A stretch of DNA of 64,000 nucleotides from Eledone cirrhosa. Lineage: Eukaryota. The notes below the pieces were generated by a model, which was given only the letters and a program-made list of their open reading frames with translations, was not told the DNA's origin and did not search any database. The stretch is from contig OZ024744.1 of NCBI GenBank assembly GCA_964016885.1, positions 59,520,001-59,584,000 on the forward strand. The letters are read 5' to 3'. The position numbers were made by a program, and so were the translations under genes. Shown piece after piece: positions 63,365 to 64,000 of this stretch (position 1 is the first letter of the stretch; every line of letters starts with the position of its first letter).

Positions 63365-63665
63365 TGCGAGTGGCTTAATGGCTAGGGTTTTCGGCTGGTG
63401 ATCGTATGGTCGTAAGTTCGATTCCCAGTACTGTTTGTTTGAGCAAGCCCCTTTATTTCACGTTGTTCCAGTCCACTCAGCTGGAAAGAAAATAGGACTG
63501 CACTTGTAACACAAAGAGCCAACCTTGTTAGACTCTGTGTAACGCTGATTCTCCACGAGAGTTACCTTAAGATTACAGGTATCTATGGAACGCTCAGCCA
63601 TTTGCATGTTAAATTTACGAGCAGACTGTTCTGTTGATGAAACAGCTGGAATACTCATCGTTGGA
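63365..63665 (+). mobile_element. Older tRNA/CORE-type SINE (family 2); diverged copies near 19700-19950, 20560-21215, 22130-22850, 23000-23680, 25055-25390, 44430-44660, 60150-60400 and 60850-61150
   Basis: GGCTAGGGT...GTTCGATTCC head, TTGAGCAAG..CTTTATTTCACGTTG core, GCTCAGCCA.TTGCA.GTTAA tail recurring across the window. Confidence 0.7.
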
Positions 63666-64000
63666 GTGGAGGTGGTGGTTGTGGAGTTGTTAGTTTTGGT
63701 TGTAGTAACATATTAGTTGCTGTTTTATTGCAGACCACCTAGAAACATTTCTAGCAGATCAACAGATCAACTTGAAACACAACACTATTGATAAGTCAAG
63801 ACAGAAAACAGACACACACGTATACACCACTCCACACACACATTCACACACATAATAACCCCCCCCCCCCACACACACACAAACACACAACGTTCAACAA
63901 CGGTTCAAACGTTTGTGCAGCTTCCGCGAGAAATATACAAGATATTTTGTTTGGCCCGTTTCACCTTTCTATCCCTTTACTAAACTAAATGATTTTAAAG

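Overview
Repeat-dense, AT-rich animal DNA. The SINE, RTE and microsatellite content suggests a cephalopod (Octopus-like); this is an inference. Nearly all long ORFs in the ORF track are microsatellite artefacts. The only host gene I can support is two phase-compatible minus-strand exons (39302-39098 and 32331-32211) encoding the N-terminus and first TM helix of a probable otopetrin proton channel, so much of the window is probably intronic. The rest is Nin/Deu-domain and CORE-type tRNA SINEs, RTE and R4/Dong LINE relics, Helitrons (two with PIF1 helicase relics), a hAT-like MITE, and giant (TA)n and (GGT)n arrays. The main signal is a dense set of self-cleaving RNA motifs. About 11 type-I hammerhead ribozymes (some with single core changes) from roughly 8 different sequence families can be folded by eye, several with long or branched stem-II inserts. 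They lie in Penelope-like (PLE) insertions that mostly end in (TA)n and often form head-to-head palindromes with both 3' ends facing outward. Unrelated families share a covarying RCTC...GAGY hairpin between the ribozyme and the target junction. HDV-like ribozyme candidates occur at LINE 5' ends. All folds were made manually and none is experimentally verified.
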